64,000 nt of DNA, from positions 186,001 through 250,000 of the IMG/VR virus record IMGVR_UViG_3300020122_000238, one strand, 5' to 3'. The position numbers were made by a program, and so were the translations under genes. Below, in pieces: positions 18,230-27,106 of this stretch. Under the pieces are notes generated by a model. It was not told where the DNA came from. It was given only the letters and a program-made list of their open reading frames with translations, and searched no databases. Each line of letters starts with the position of its first letter. The stretch's first letter is position 1.

Positions 18230-19558
18230 ATGCGGGCTATGTCTTACCGCAAGATATCAACACGGCGTTTGGAAGTCTACGGCATCTCGGGCAACAAGGG
18301 ACATGGCAAGGACACCTTCGCCAACCTCATCACACAGGCAAACACATCTTACAAAGTTGTCCCTTTCGCAGGGGCACTGAAGCGTATGTCAGCCAGGATC
18401 TTTGGGCTGACATACGCTCAGATGAACGATCCCTCCCTCAAAGAGATACCCCTTCCTCATGCCCGGGACATGGATCTGTTCGTCCCAGCCATGAAAGCCG
18501 AGACTGGACTACACATACAACCGGCGGGCAAGATTGCCCATAGTCCTCGTGAGGTCATGCAGTTTTTCGGGACAGAATATGTCCGAAGGATTCAGGACGA
18601 CTACTGGATCCAAAAACTACTCGCTGAGGTGGGAAACTCTCGACAAGTGCTCATTCCCGACGTCCGCTTTCCGAACGAAGCGGCTGCACTACGTTCTTAT
18701 GGGGGCATCATAATCAAGGTGGAACGGATCGATGCTCCCGTTCCGAAGGATGGGCATCTCTCCGAGACAGAGATGGCCAAAATCATCCCGGATCTTCTAG
18801 TGGGCGCACGGACAGGGGATCTGTCCCTTCCGTCTCGGATCGCGCGTCTCATTGCGATGAACCGTTTCGATTCTGCTACCAGCTACGACTATCGTAAGTC
18901 TAAGGAAGCAATTGCTTCCTATACATCAGGGAAGAGCGCCGAGGAGAGTTCTCTTCTCCTCGGCCACAAGCACCCCTATGCGCTCTACAACACCCTAGAT
19001 TACTATGGGGTACAGCGCCGAAAGCAGGCCCCAAACCGTGTCCACCATAAAGTTGTTGATGGGGTGGTTGGTAAATTCTGCATTCGGTGTGTGTGGCAAC
19101 CTCTGATTGAGTTCAACATGAGCACGAAGGCATGGGACGGTAAACATAGCTTGTGCCGTGCTTGCGCTTCTTTGGATCACAAGGATCGATACCAGAAGTA
19201 CGGGAAGACGGACAGCCTGTCGAGGGTCTACGCGATTTCGAAGAAACAAGCGGCGCAGCGTGGCATTCCCTTCAACTTGAGGGCGAGTGACATCCAATTC
19301 CTTTGGAATGCACAGGGAGGTCGTTGTACTTACAGCGGGCTGGAGATGACGACCGAGCTGAGATCCCCCAACAAGGTCACGATTGACAGAATTGATTCAT
19401 CGAAGGGGTATGAGATCGACAATATCGTTCTCTGCGGCTACCGCGTCAACTTGATGAAACGAGAAATGTCCTTGAGCGAGTTCAAGGGAATGATCCGCAC
19501 GTTGTACGAAAATCTGGCGGGAAGCTCATTCGGGTCGTGCGGCCCGGGGCTGGGCTGA
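18230..19558 (+). CDS. deoxynucleoside monophosphate kinase fused to an HNH-type endonuclease
   Basis: GNKGHGKDT P-loop, PREVMQFFGTE, DVRFPNE; C-terminal CTYSG...TIDRIDSSKGYEIDNIVLC. Confidence 0.85.
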   Translation: MRAMSYRKISTRRLEVYGISGNKGHGKDTFANLITQANTSYKVVPFAGALKRMSARIFGLTYAQMNDPSLKEIPLPHARDMDLFVPAMKAETGLHIQPAGKIAHSPREVMQFFGTEYVRRIQDDYWIQKLLAEVGNSRQVLIPDVRFPNEAAALRSYGGIIIKVERIDAPVPKDGHLSETEMAKIIPDLLVGARTGDLSLPSRIARLIAMNRFDSATSYDYRKSKEAIASYTSGKSAEESSLLLGHKHPYALYNTLDYYGVQRRKQAPNRVHHKVVDGVVGKFCIRCVWQPLIEFNMSTKAWDGKHSLCRACASLDHKDRYQKYGKTDSLSRVYAISKKQAAQRGIPFNLRASDIQFLWNAQGGRCTYSGLEMTTELRSPNKVTIDRIDSSKGYEIDNIVLCGYRVNLMKREMSLSEFKGMIRTLYENLAGSSFGSCGPGLG

Positions 19559-19704
19559 AGGGGGCCACGGGGCTGCACGTGAGCGAGGTTGAGCAGATGT
19601 CGATCCCCAACGAGGACTTCCACGTTGTCATCGTCAACGACGGGACCCTCGATGACCTGGCAGTCTCCGCCCGGAAGGCAGCCGAGCATTTGCTCTTTGG
19701 TTGA
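19516..19704 (+). pseudogene. orphan 3' remnant of a second dNMP kinase
   Basis: startless frame GGKLIRVVRPGAGLKGATGLHVSEVEQMSIPNEDFHVVIVNDGTLDDL...* matches the dNMP-kinase C-terminus (GG.IxV.R...HxSE...D.xI.NDGTL). Confidence 0.75.
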
Positions 19705-19741
19705 GGGCATTTTGGTGTAAGATCCCCCAGGAGGATCTTCC

Positions 19742-20047
19742 ATGGGCTGGGCTGCACACCACATCGCGAAGCTTCAAAAGGGTGAGGTCGTTCAATTTCG
19801 ACCTCACGGTCACTCGATGACGGGGAAGATCGAGAGCGGCCAGCTCGTGACAATCGAGCCCTTGCTGATGGCGACCACCCTGGAGCCAGGGGACATCGTT
19901 CTTTGCAAGGTGAAGGGCAACGAGTACGTTCACCTCATCTCCGCGGTGCGCGATCGGCAGTACCAGATATCCAACAATCGCGGACATGTCAACGGGTGGG
20001 TGACCCGAGGAGCTATCTTCGGGAAGTGCGTGCGGGTGGAGCCATGA
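19742..20047 (+). CDS. S24/S26 peptidase-like single-domain protein
   Basis: GHSMTGKIESGQLV...PGDIVL...YVHLI. Confidence 0.65.
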   Translation: MGWAAHHIAKLQKGEVVQFRPHGHSMTGKIESGQLVTIEPLLMATTLEPGDIVLCKVKGNEYVHLISAVRDRQYQISNNRGHVNGWVTRGAIFGKCVRVEP

Positions 20048-20253
20048 ATTACCGTGCGACCACACATCTGTCGTTCGGGCCTGGGAGAAACCTACTCCTC
20101 AGAGTAGGTGAGACCACTTCTTCAGAAGTGGTCAGAAAACACCCCGCACTTCAAGGAGCCATTCGCCAGGGGTGGTTGGTGGAAGTCCCTGAAGTCTCGC
20201 ATGAGATATACCCCACCTGGCAAGCCCATTTACTTGCGGACGAGACCATCTGA
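20044..20253 (+). CDS. small paralogue 1 with C-terminal TW..LL-acidic tag
   Basis: MNYRAT...AIRQGWL...PTWQAHLLADETI. Confidence 0.7.
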   Translation: MNYRATTHLSFGPGRNLLLRVGETTSSEVVRKHPALQGAIRQGWLVEVPEVSHEIYPTWQAHLLADETI

Positions 20254-20255
20254 GC

Positions 20256-20444
20256 ATGCCGTATAGGGCGACCCGAGAATTCTACTACTCGCTGATGCTC
20301 GGCGACATCACGGTATACAAAGACGACATCGTATCGGACTGGGAAGTGAAAGAGTACAATCTGGAGGACGCCATCAAGCAGGGTTGGCTCATCTCATCCG
20401 AGCCCCCTACTTGGCAAGAGCGCTTGCTCGCGGACGACATATGA
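20256..20444 (+). CDS. small paralogue 2 with C-terminal tag
   Basis: MPYRAT...AIKQGWL...PTWQERLLADDI. Confidence 0.7.
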   Translation: MPYRATREFYYSLMLGDITVYKDDIVSDWEVKEYNLEDAIKQGWLISSEPPTWQERLLADDI

Positions 20445-20638
20445 AGTACCGCGCTTTGAGCCCGTTCATAATGGGTCCCTTCACAGACCCTTTATCGTTG
20501 AGCAAGGGGTCTGTGGTGAGCACAGAGGACTTCGCGAAGTACCCGTACCTGACGCATGCCCTGAAGCAGGGGTATCTGGAGGAAATCCCTGAGCCGAAGG
20601 TCTTGACATGGCACGACCACCTCATGGAAGACGACTGA
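20441..20638 (+). CDS. small paralogue 3 with C-terminal tag
   Basis: MKYRAL...ALKQGYL...LTWHDHLMEDD. Confidence 0.7.
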   Translation: MKYRALSPFIMGPFTDPLSLSKGSVVSTEDFAKYPYLTHALKQGYLEEIPEPKVLTWHDHLMEDD

Positions 20639-20645
20639 GGGTGCC

Positions 20646-21017
20646 ATGGCTGAAATCGACGACATGTGGGACCTCTTGCATACACCATCCCCAGCCCCTC
20701 CTCGAACCTCGGGCAAGATCGAACACATACAGTGCTTTCGAGGGCTTCGTTTGGAGCCTAAACCCCATCTCGTGCTTGGCACAACGATAGAAGGTCTCCG
20801 GTTTGCCATTGAAAAGCTCTGGTGGGAAATCGATGCTTTTTCCTTGGAGAAGGAAATCACAGGTCCCCTCCCCTGTCTGATCTATCCTCAGAAGCACTGG
20901 CAAGAGATTCAGCAAGAATTAGCCTACATACAAGCCTCTTTGAGCCAGGCATTTATTGGGACAATGGACTGCTTTGTCATTGATTGTTTCTACTTCCACT
21001 CTGCGGAAGACGTCTGA
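20646..21017 (+). CDS. hypothetical protein with acidic-W-Pro N-terminal segment
   Basis: starts MAEIDDMWDLLHTPSPAPP. Confidence 0.6.
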   Translation: MAEIDDMWDLLHTPSPAPPRTSGKIEHIQCFRGLRLEPKPHLVLGTTIEGLRFAIEKLWWEIDAFSLEKEITGPLPCLIYPQKHWQEIQQELAYIQASLSQAFIGTMDCFVIDCFYFHSAEDV

Positions 21018-21152
21018 AGCCGGGTCCTGTTTTGCGATCCCTCTGGGACCCTTTCCCGCATGTCAGAAGACGACGCTGACGCCTTCTATAGATCCTACAA
21101 AACTGAAGTCCTGCACACATCTGAAATTCTTCGCACAAAAGGTCTCTGGTAG

Positions 21153-21178
21153 TTGATCCGCGGACGAGTCGAGCTGTA
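21153..21178 (+). promoter_or_regulatory. class I motif TTGATC-N16-TGTA
   Basis: 12 nt upstream of ATG 21191. Confidence 0.75.
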
Positions 21179-21190
21179 TTGCTCCCCGCC

Positions 21191-21355
21191 ATGACGATCG
21201 ACTACAACGACCTCTTCCACGCGAAACCCGCGGATGTCGTCAGGCTTGCCCGAGCTATCAAGATTCCGCTCGGGACGAAGTCCCACGATTCCCTGTGCAA
21301 GGCCGTCGCGCAGTGGATCCGCAAGAACCCCACCCCGAAGCTGAAAAACCGCTAG
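21191..21355 (+). CDS. small basic protein (54 aa, not in ORF track)
   Basis: MTIDYNDLFHAKPADVVRLARAIKIP...; follows a class I motif; GC3 bias. Confidence 0.6.
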   Translation: MTIDYNDLFHAKPADVVRLARAIKIPLGTKSHDSLCKAVAQWIRKNPTPKLKNR

Positions 21356-21439
21356 GGATTCCGAGGGTTTAGCAACAATCGTCCGCCAGCCTGTTGATTT
21401 GTGTGAAAAGCACACCATGGTTGGTGTAGAAGAAACACC

Positions 21440-22156
21440 ATGAGTCACACGTACGAATATCCCCGACCGTCTGTCACGGTCGACTGCGTTGTCTTCGGCG
21501 TCGCAGACCATCTCAAGGAGATGCACGTTCTCCTGGTCCGCCGTGGCTCCGCCCCCTTTCAGGGGTTGTGGGCTCTTCCGGGCGGGTTCGTCGAGACCTC
21601 GGATACCAGAGACCAGGGTGAGTCCCTGGACGAAGCGGCGCAACGTGAGCTGAGCGAGGAGACGGGAGCCCAAGTGGGTTTTCTGGAGCAGCTCGGCACG
21701 TATGGGACGCCCGGAAGGGATCCGCGAGGTCGAGTGATCTCGGTCGCCTACTACGCTCTGGTCCGCCTCGAAGACCATCCGGTCAAGGGTGGTGATGACG
21801 CGGCAGAGGCCAAGTGGTGGCCTCTGCCGAAAGCCCTCCGGCTATACAAGGCTTTCGACCACGACAAGATTCTCAAGGATGCTTGGGCGAGGCTACAGGC
21901 GAAGGTTCGGTATGCCCCCATCGGGTTCAACCTTCTTCCGCCGAAGTTCTCTCTGACGGAGCTGCAATCCCTCTACGAGCTGATCCTCAATCGGACGCTC
22001 GACAAGCGGAACTTCCGCAAGCGCATCCTGGCAATGGGCATCCTCAAAGAGGCGGGTGTCCAGGTTGGTGTCCCGCACCGACGAGCGTGCCTCTACAGAT
22101 TCGACAGCGTTGCTTACAAGCGAGCTGTTCGTGACGGTTTCAACTTCGAGATTTGA
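21440..22156 (+). CDS. nrtR: NrtR-family Nudix/wHTH transcriptional regulator
   Basis: [44 protein letters not shown] and [10 protein letters not shown]; adjacent to nadV. Confidence 0.85.
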   Translation: MSHTYEYPRPSVTVDCVVFGVADHLKEMHVLLVRRGSAPFQGLWALPGGFVETSDTRDQGESLDEAAQRELSEETGAQVGFLEQLGTYGTPGRDPRGRVISVAYYALVRLEDHPVKGGDDAAEAKWWPLPKALRLYKAFDHDKILKDAWARLQAKVRYAPIGFNLLPPKFSLTELQSLYELILNRTLDKRNFRKRILAMGILKEAGVQVGVPHRRACLYRFDSVAYKRAVRDGFNFEI

Positions 22157-22166
22157 TGGAGACCCC

Positions 22167-23552
22167 ATGACCACGTACGAAACGAACCCGATCCTCGACA
22201 CCGATAGCTACAAGCTCTCGCACCCCGAGCTGCAATACCCGGCGAACATGACGAGCATGTTCCACTACTTCGAGTCGCGCGGTGGCCGCTACGGCTCGAC
22301 CCTCTTCTTCGGCCTCAGCTATCTGTGCCAGGAGTACCTCAGCAAGGGCTTCACGCAGGACCACGTCAACGAGGCGGCCGACTTCGCCGCAGCCCACGGT
22401 GAGCCCTTCCCCAAGGCCGCCTGGGACCGTCTGGTGGCCAAGGGCGGCTACTACCCGGTGAAGATCAACGCGGTCCCGGAAGGCACGCTCGTCCCGACGC
22501 ACAACGTGCTCATGACGACGGAGTCGACGGACCCCGAGGCCCCGTGGGTCGGTTCGTGGATCGAGAACCAGCTCGTGCGCCTCTGGTATCCGATCACCGT
22601 CGCCACCCAGTCGTTCTTCATCAAGAAGATCATCTTCGAGGCCCTCGTGAAGTCCTCGGATGATCCGGTCGGCGAGATCGGATTCAAGCTCCACGACTTC
22701 GGCAGCCGTGGCGTCAGCTCGCGGGAATCGGCTGGCATCGGCGGCATGAGCCACCTGGTCAACTTCCTCGGTTCGGACACCATCGAGGGCATCCGCTACG
22801 CCAACCACTACTACACGGACAAGATGGCGGGCTTCTCGATCCCCGCGTCGGAGCACTCGACGATCACGAGCTGGGGCAAGTCGAACGAGATCGACGCCTA
22901 CCGCAACATGGTTCACCAGTTCGCGAAGCCGGGCAAGATGTTCGCCTGCGTCAGCGACTCCTACGATCTCTACAACACGGTCGAGAACATCTGGGGTGAC
23001 ATCCTCCGCGAGGAGATCAAGGAGTCGGGTGCGACCCTCGTGATCCGGCCGGACTCGGGCAATCCCTCGGAGGTCATCCTCAAGTGCCTCCAGATCTTGG
23101 AGCGCAAGGTCGGGATGACGACCAACACCAAGGGCTTCAAGGTCCTCCCGAAGTACATCCGCCTGATCCAGGGCGACGGCGTGAACGAAGAGTCGATTCG
23201 CGAGATCCTCAACGTGATGATGGCCAACGGCTACAGCGCCTCGAACATCGGATTCGGCATGGGTGGCGCTCTGCTCCAGGGTGTCAATCGCGACACCCAG
23301 CGCTTCGCCTACAAGTGCTCGGAGGTCCTGGTCGATGGTGAGACCCGCGAGGTCTTCAAGGACCCCGTCACCGACAAGGGCAAGCGCTCGAAAGCGGGCC
23401 GCGTCGACCTCATCCACGAGAACAGCGAGTTTAAGACCGTTCGGGGTACACGTCGGAACAGCGCTCTCATCTCGGTCTTTGAGAACGGCAAGATCCTGGT
23501 TCAGCCGACCCTCGCCGAGATCCGGAAAATCTCGGAACGTCACATCTTCTGA
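22167..23552 (+). CDS. nadV: nicotinamide phosphoribosyltransferase (NAMPT)
   Basis: DTDSYKLSH, LHDFGSRG, PASEHST, VSDSYD, VIRPDSG, IQGDG, FGMGGALLQ. Confidence 0.95.
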   Translation: MTTYETNPILDTDSYKLSHPELQYPANMTSMFHYFESRGGRYGSTLFFGLSYLCQEYLSKGFTQDHVNEAADFAAAHGEPFPKAAWDRLVAKGGYYPVKINAVPEGTLVPTHNVLMTTESTDPEAPWVGSWIENQLVRLWYPITVATQSFFIKKIIFEALVKSSDDPVGEIGFKLHDFGSRGVSSRESAGIGGMSHLVNFLGSDTIEGIRYANHYYTDKMAGFSIPASEHSTITSWGKSNEIDAYRNMVHQFAKPGKMFACVSDSYDLYNTVENIWGDILREEIKESGATLVIRPDSGNPSEVILKCLQILERKVGMTTNTKGFKVLPKYIRLIQGDGVNEESIREILNVMMANGYSASNIGFGMGGALLQGVNRDTQRFAYKCSEVLVDGETREVFKDPVTDKGKRSKAGRVDLIHENSEFKTVRGTRRNSALISVFENGKILVQPTLAEIRKISERHIF

Positions 23553-23640
23553 CCCCAAGAAGAAACCTTCGGTAGGTGAAGGGTATCTGGTGTACCTCTC
23601 ATCTACCGAAGCCTACCCCCAAGAAGAAAAGAGGCCCATC

Positions 23641-23820
23641 ATGGGTTCCAGCGTCTACAGCGAAGAGTTCAGCGACAAGGCCAAGCAGGCTGTGAGCGAG
23701 ACCGTCCCGGCGACCCCGGCGGTGGTGTCTCCGCCGGGAACGGAGACCAAGGAAGAGCCCTCCGTCCCGACCCCGGCTCCCACCACGACCCCGACCGGCG
23801 AGACCCCGGCGACCCCCTGA
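23641..23820 (+). CDS. 59-aa Pro/Thr-rich peptide whose N-terminus mimics the downstream vWA protein
   Basis: MGSSVYSEEF versus MGGSSYSEDF; GC3-biased codons. Confidence 0.55.
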   Translation: MGSSVYSEEFSDKAKQAVSETVPATPAVVSPPGTETKEEPSVPTPAPTTTPTGETPATP

Positions 23821-23895
23821 AGCAATGTTGGGGTTGCTGCATAGTGCGAGTAGCCCCAACACCTGCTCACCTGAGACGAAGAAAGAGAGTCCACC

Positions 23896-24855
23896 ATGGG
23901 CGGATCCAGCTACAGCGAAGACTTCTACCATGCCCGAGCCAAAGAGCGCGAACGTACGAAGACCCCGACCTTCGCACACAGCGTGACGACGGCCACGAAG
24001 CCGGCCCACGAGCAGCGTACGCACGCACTGCTCGACCCCAAGAACAAGCTCATCCGCGAGTCGCGCGATTCGAAGGCTCATCCCGAGTCCCTCGCCGTCG
24101 CCGTGATGTTTGACGTGACGGGCTCGATGGCGGCGACTCCGACGGTCTTCCAGACCAAGCTTCCGCGGCTGATGAACCTCCTCACGGCGACCGGCGTCCA
24201 GCACCCGCAGCTCCTCTTCGGATGCGTCGGTGACGCGGTCTCCGACAAGGGCTCGATTCAGATCGGCGAGTTCGAGTCCGGCAACGAGATGGACGAGACC
24301 TTCAGCCACGTCTGGCTGGAAGGTCATGGTGGCGGCACGAACCAGGAGAGCTACCAGAACGCGCTCTACTTCTTCGCCCGGCACACGCAGATCGACTGCG
24401 TCGAGAAGCGCAACAAGAAGGGCTACCTCTTCTTGCTCGGTGACGAGGAGGCCTACCCCGTGGTGCGCCGACGGGAAGTCGAGGCGCTCTTCGGCGAGAC
24501 GATCCAGGAGGATATCTCGCTGGAGAACATCATTGCGGAAGCCCACGACAAGTACAACGTCTTCTTCGTCATCCCGGCCGAGACGCAGGGAGGGCGGAAC
24601 CCGGCGATCCGCAACTACTGGGTCGACCGCTTCGACGAAACCCACGTTCTCAACCTGACCTCCGCCGAGGGCGTGGCCGAAACGATCGCCCTCACCGTGG
24701 GGCTCTGCGAAGGGACGACCAACCTCGACGCGGCTCGCCAGGACCTCGTGACCGCGGGTGTCTCGACCAAGCTGATCAACGACACCATCGCCAGCCTGAC
24801 GCCCCTCGCTGAGAGCCTCGGCAAGGCCAGCACCAGCTCGACCATCCGGCTCTAG
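23896..24855 (+). CDS. vWA-like protein of the type linked to PurA-like genes
   Basis: FDVTGSM, VGDA..D, EGHGGG..ESY, ARHT.IDC.EKR.KKGYLF..GDE. Confidence 0.85.
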   Translation: MGGSSYSEDFYHARAKERERTKTPTFAHSVTTATKPAHEQRTHALLDPKNKLIRESRDSKAHPESLAVAVMFDVTGSMAATPTVFQTKLPRLMNLLTATGVQHPQLLFGCVGDAVSDKGSIQIGEFESGNEMDETFSHVWLEGHGGGTNQESYQNALYFFARHTQIDCVEKRNKKGYLFLLGDEEAYPVVRRREVEALFGETIQEDISLENIIAEAHDKYNVFFVIPAETQGGRNPAIRNYWVDRFDETHVLNLTSAEGVAETIALTVGLCEGTTNLDAARQDLVTAGVSTKLINDTIASLTPLAESLGKASTSSTIRL

Positions 24856-24858
24856 GGG

Positions 24859-24884
24859 TTGATCAGACGGGCCGTTCTCTTGTA
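24859..24884 (+). promoter_or_regulatory. class I motif TTGATC-N16-TGTA
   Basis: 10 nt upstream of TTG 24895. Confidence 0.7.
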
Positions 24885-24894
24885 CAGTCCGACA

Positions 24895-25310
24895 TTGCAA
24901 CCCAACACGTTCTGCGGCTTCTGCGGCTTCCGATTTTTCGAGGGAGCCGCATGGCCTCGGAAGTGTTCAAATTGTACACGAACAACCTACCGGAATCCAA
25001 TGCCGGTAGTCGTGGCCATCATTTTCGTTCGTGGATTCGACCCCGACGAAAGTACCACATGGAAGTCTCCGAAGAAGTAGGAATAGTCACCTCTTCTTTG
25101 GAGTACCGTCTCCTCAACATCAAGACATCAACCACAGGATCGAGCCTGCTCATCTTCTGTGCAGGTCCGATCGTCCGCTGGGACGAGGTCGAATGGGCAT
25201 TCAAACCCAACAGGGAGGTCTCCGAGGTTGCTGTTGCCACCTTCGAGACTGAGCTGGGCTTCTCGCTTCACACGGAAGCCCTTCGTCAATACGCCCTCAA
25301 CCCAGTATAA
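24895..25310 (+). pseudogene. disrupted Zn-ribbon Nudix hydrolase
   Basis: FCGFCG..WPRKCSNC...YRNPMPVV in one frame and EVSEEVGI (end of Nudix box) plus the C-terminus in another; the strand leading to PGG is missing. Confidence 0.7.
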
Positions 25311-25361
25311 TTTTCCTCGCATGGGGATCTATACAAGGCTCCCCACCTTGTATAGATCCCC

Positions 25362-25568
25362 ATGCCCATCGAACTCTCTCCCCAGCTCATGAACACCCTC
25401 GCCGGCTTGATCGGTGAAGGCGCTTCCATCGATGACCTGTTCGCCCGTCTGCGGGAGGAAGGGGACATCCCGGAACACGAGTTTCCGGGCATCCTCTGCA
25501 AGGTGCTGACGACCACCTTGGCGGAGAACACCAACAACTTCCGCAACCAGCTCGTGAAGTTCCTGTGA
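25362..25568 (+). CDS. hypothetical protein
   Basis: 68 aa; GC3 bias. Confidence 0.6.
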   Translation: MPIELSPQLMNTLAGLIGEGASIDDLFARLREEGDIPEHEFPGILCKVLTTTLAENTNNFRNQLVKFL

Positions 25569-25843
25569 ACCTCGAAATTCACGACAACACGACGGATGAG
25601 GGGGGCACCTTGATAGGAGTCGCCAGAAATCTGGACTACATGTACCAGGCGGAGCAGTGGGTGATCGACTCCAAGGACGAGAGGCGGGTCGCTCGCTTCG
25701 TCCTGTTCTCGGGCCCTATGACGCCGATTCGCGAATGGCGTATGGTCAACGGAGAGCCGAGCGACGTCCCCATCACGCCGGGGACGGTCGCCGATCCCCG
25801 AACGTTCGCCCGCGAGACAACGGACCGAACATGTAGAGGTTGA
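25565..25843 (+). CDS. hypothetical protein
   Basis: GTGA overlap start; its stop lies within the next TTGATC. Confidence 0.6.
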   Translation: MNLEIHDNTTDEGGTLIGVARNLDYMYQAEQWVIDSKDERRVARFVLFSGPMTPIREWRMVNGEPSDVPITPGTVADPRTFARETTDRTCRG

Positions 25844-25865
25844 TCGGCAGCTCCCTCGGACTGTA
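25840..25865 (+). promoter_or_regulatory. class I motif TTGATC-N16-TGTA
   Basis: 8 nt upstream of ATG 25874. Confidence 0.75.
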
Positions 25866-25873
25866 GGACGGGC

Positions 25874-26107
25874 ATGAACACTGAAGAAATGGTGGACGCC
25901 CTATTCGCCAACAAGCCCGTGAAAGTCAGAGTGCCCGAAACGGGCCTGGCGTTCACGATCGCTCCGAAGAGGGGGTCTTTCGGGATCCTGTTCTTCGGGA
26001 TCATCCCCGAGGGAAAGAAGCGCGCTCTGAAAACTCATGGGTACATGCTCATGGGGCGGAATGAGATGTGGGCCTGGGTAAACAGTCTTGAGTCCGTGGA
26101 GAACTGA
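25874..26107 (+). CDS. hypothetical protein
   Basis: 77 aa after a class I motif. Confidence 0.65.
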   Translation: MNTEEMVDALFANKPVKVRVPETGLAFTIAPKRGSFGILFFGIIPEGKKRALKTHGYMLMGRNEMWAWVNSLESVEN

Positions 26108-26108
26108 C

Positions 26109-26468
26109 ATGTTGAGCACCATTGAACGAGCCATTGCTCTCAGAACGCACTACCGGGAAATCCTGGTCGCTCGCAACGGACACTGGGGTACTTGCTCTGG
26201 GTGCCCTCGCGACGAAGATGGTGTCCCACACCCTGGACGCTGTTCGGAGTATTCGCGATCCGATCATCACATTCCGGCCAGCGAAACGCATCGTGGTGAA
26301 GGCGTAAACACGACCGAAGCCATCGCTGCATTGGCTCGGGTTCTTTACGAGCGCGCTCCGAAGCCTGTGAAGACTGGCCACGCGGAAGCCGACGCGAAAG
26401 CGGAATGGCTGGCTGCGTGGGGCTGTGTGGAAGAAGCCGAGAAGAAATTTTATCCTCCTCGTGGTTGA
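26109..26468 (+). CDS. hypothetical protein
   Basis: ATG 1 nt after the upstream stop; its stop lies within the next TTGATC. Confidence 0.55.
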   Translation: MLSTIERAIALRTHYREILVARNGHWGTCSGCPRDEDGVPHPGRCSEYSRSDHHIPASETHRGEGVNTTEAIAALARVLYERAPKPVKTGHAEADAKAEWLAAWGCVEEAEKKFYPPRG

Positions 26469-26490
26469 TCGACAGCCACCCCCGACTGTA
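26465..26490 (+). promoter_or_regulatory. class I motif TTGATC-N16-TGTA
   Basis: 8 nt upstream of ATG 26499. Confidence 0.75.
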
Positions 26491-26498
26491 GGACTCCC

Positions 26499-26861
26499 AT
26501 GACGACCACCAAGTACGACTTCACCAAGCTCACCGCGGACCTCAAGGCTGGCCTCCTCGTGGCCAAGCAGGTTGCGGCGGCCACCCACGACGGCGGCACC
26601 TGTAACTTCGACGCCCCCAAGTTCCACTTCGATCGTTCACCGTCCCCCAAGGTGCGGGCGGAGTTCGAGAAGGCCGCAACGGAAGCGGGGGTTCCCGGCT
26701 ACTGGACGGGGGACACGTTCGGCCGTCACCAAAACCGTCGCTTCGTCTTCGGTCCCGGGTGCGGCGGGCAGGGCCACTCGCGCACGAAGGCCGCGGAAGC
26801 TCTCAAGGATCACCTCGTCGCTGCGGGCTGGGACGTCAGCATGTACTACCAGGCGGACTGA
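26499..26861 (+). CDS. hypothetical protein
   Basis: 120 aa; strong GC3 bias. Confidence 0.75.
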   Translation: MTTTKYDFTKLTADLKAGLLVAKQVAAATHDGGTCNFDAPKFHFDRSPSPKVRAEFEKAATEAGVPGYWTGDTFGRHQNRRFVFGPGCGGQGHSRTKAAEALKDHLVAAGWDVSMYYQAD

Positions 26862-27106
26862 TCATGGGACGCCTGGTAGTTACCGTGAGGGGAGAATGCG
26901 AGCACCACAAGCGACGCGGACATCTACTGTGATGTCCGCGTCGCTTGTGGTGCAACGATCCTCCGCGTCGAGATGATAGGGGACTACCCCTCCACGGGCG
27001 CCCACATCTACGTGAAGTGCCAAAAATCTCCCGCCGAGCTGTCCGCGGCTATCGACGCTGCGGACGAGATCCCGCAATATTCAATCAGGACGGAAGTAGA
27101 GCGAAA

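Noticed and set aside
18700-19520. Group I intron or intein in the dNMP kinase
   Set aside because: The intervening region itself encodes a second kinase C-terminus in one continuous frame. I saw no intein Cys/His-Asn ends and no obvious intron core. Splicing is not formally excluded.
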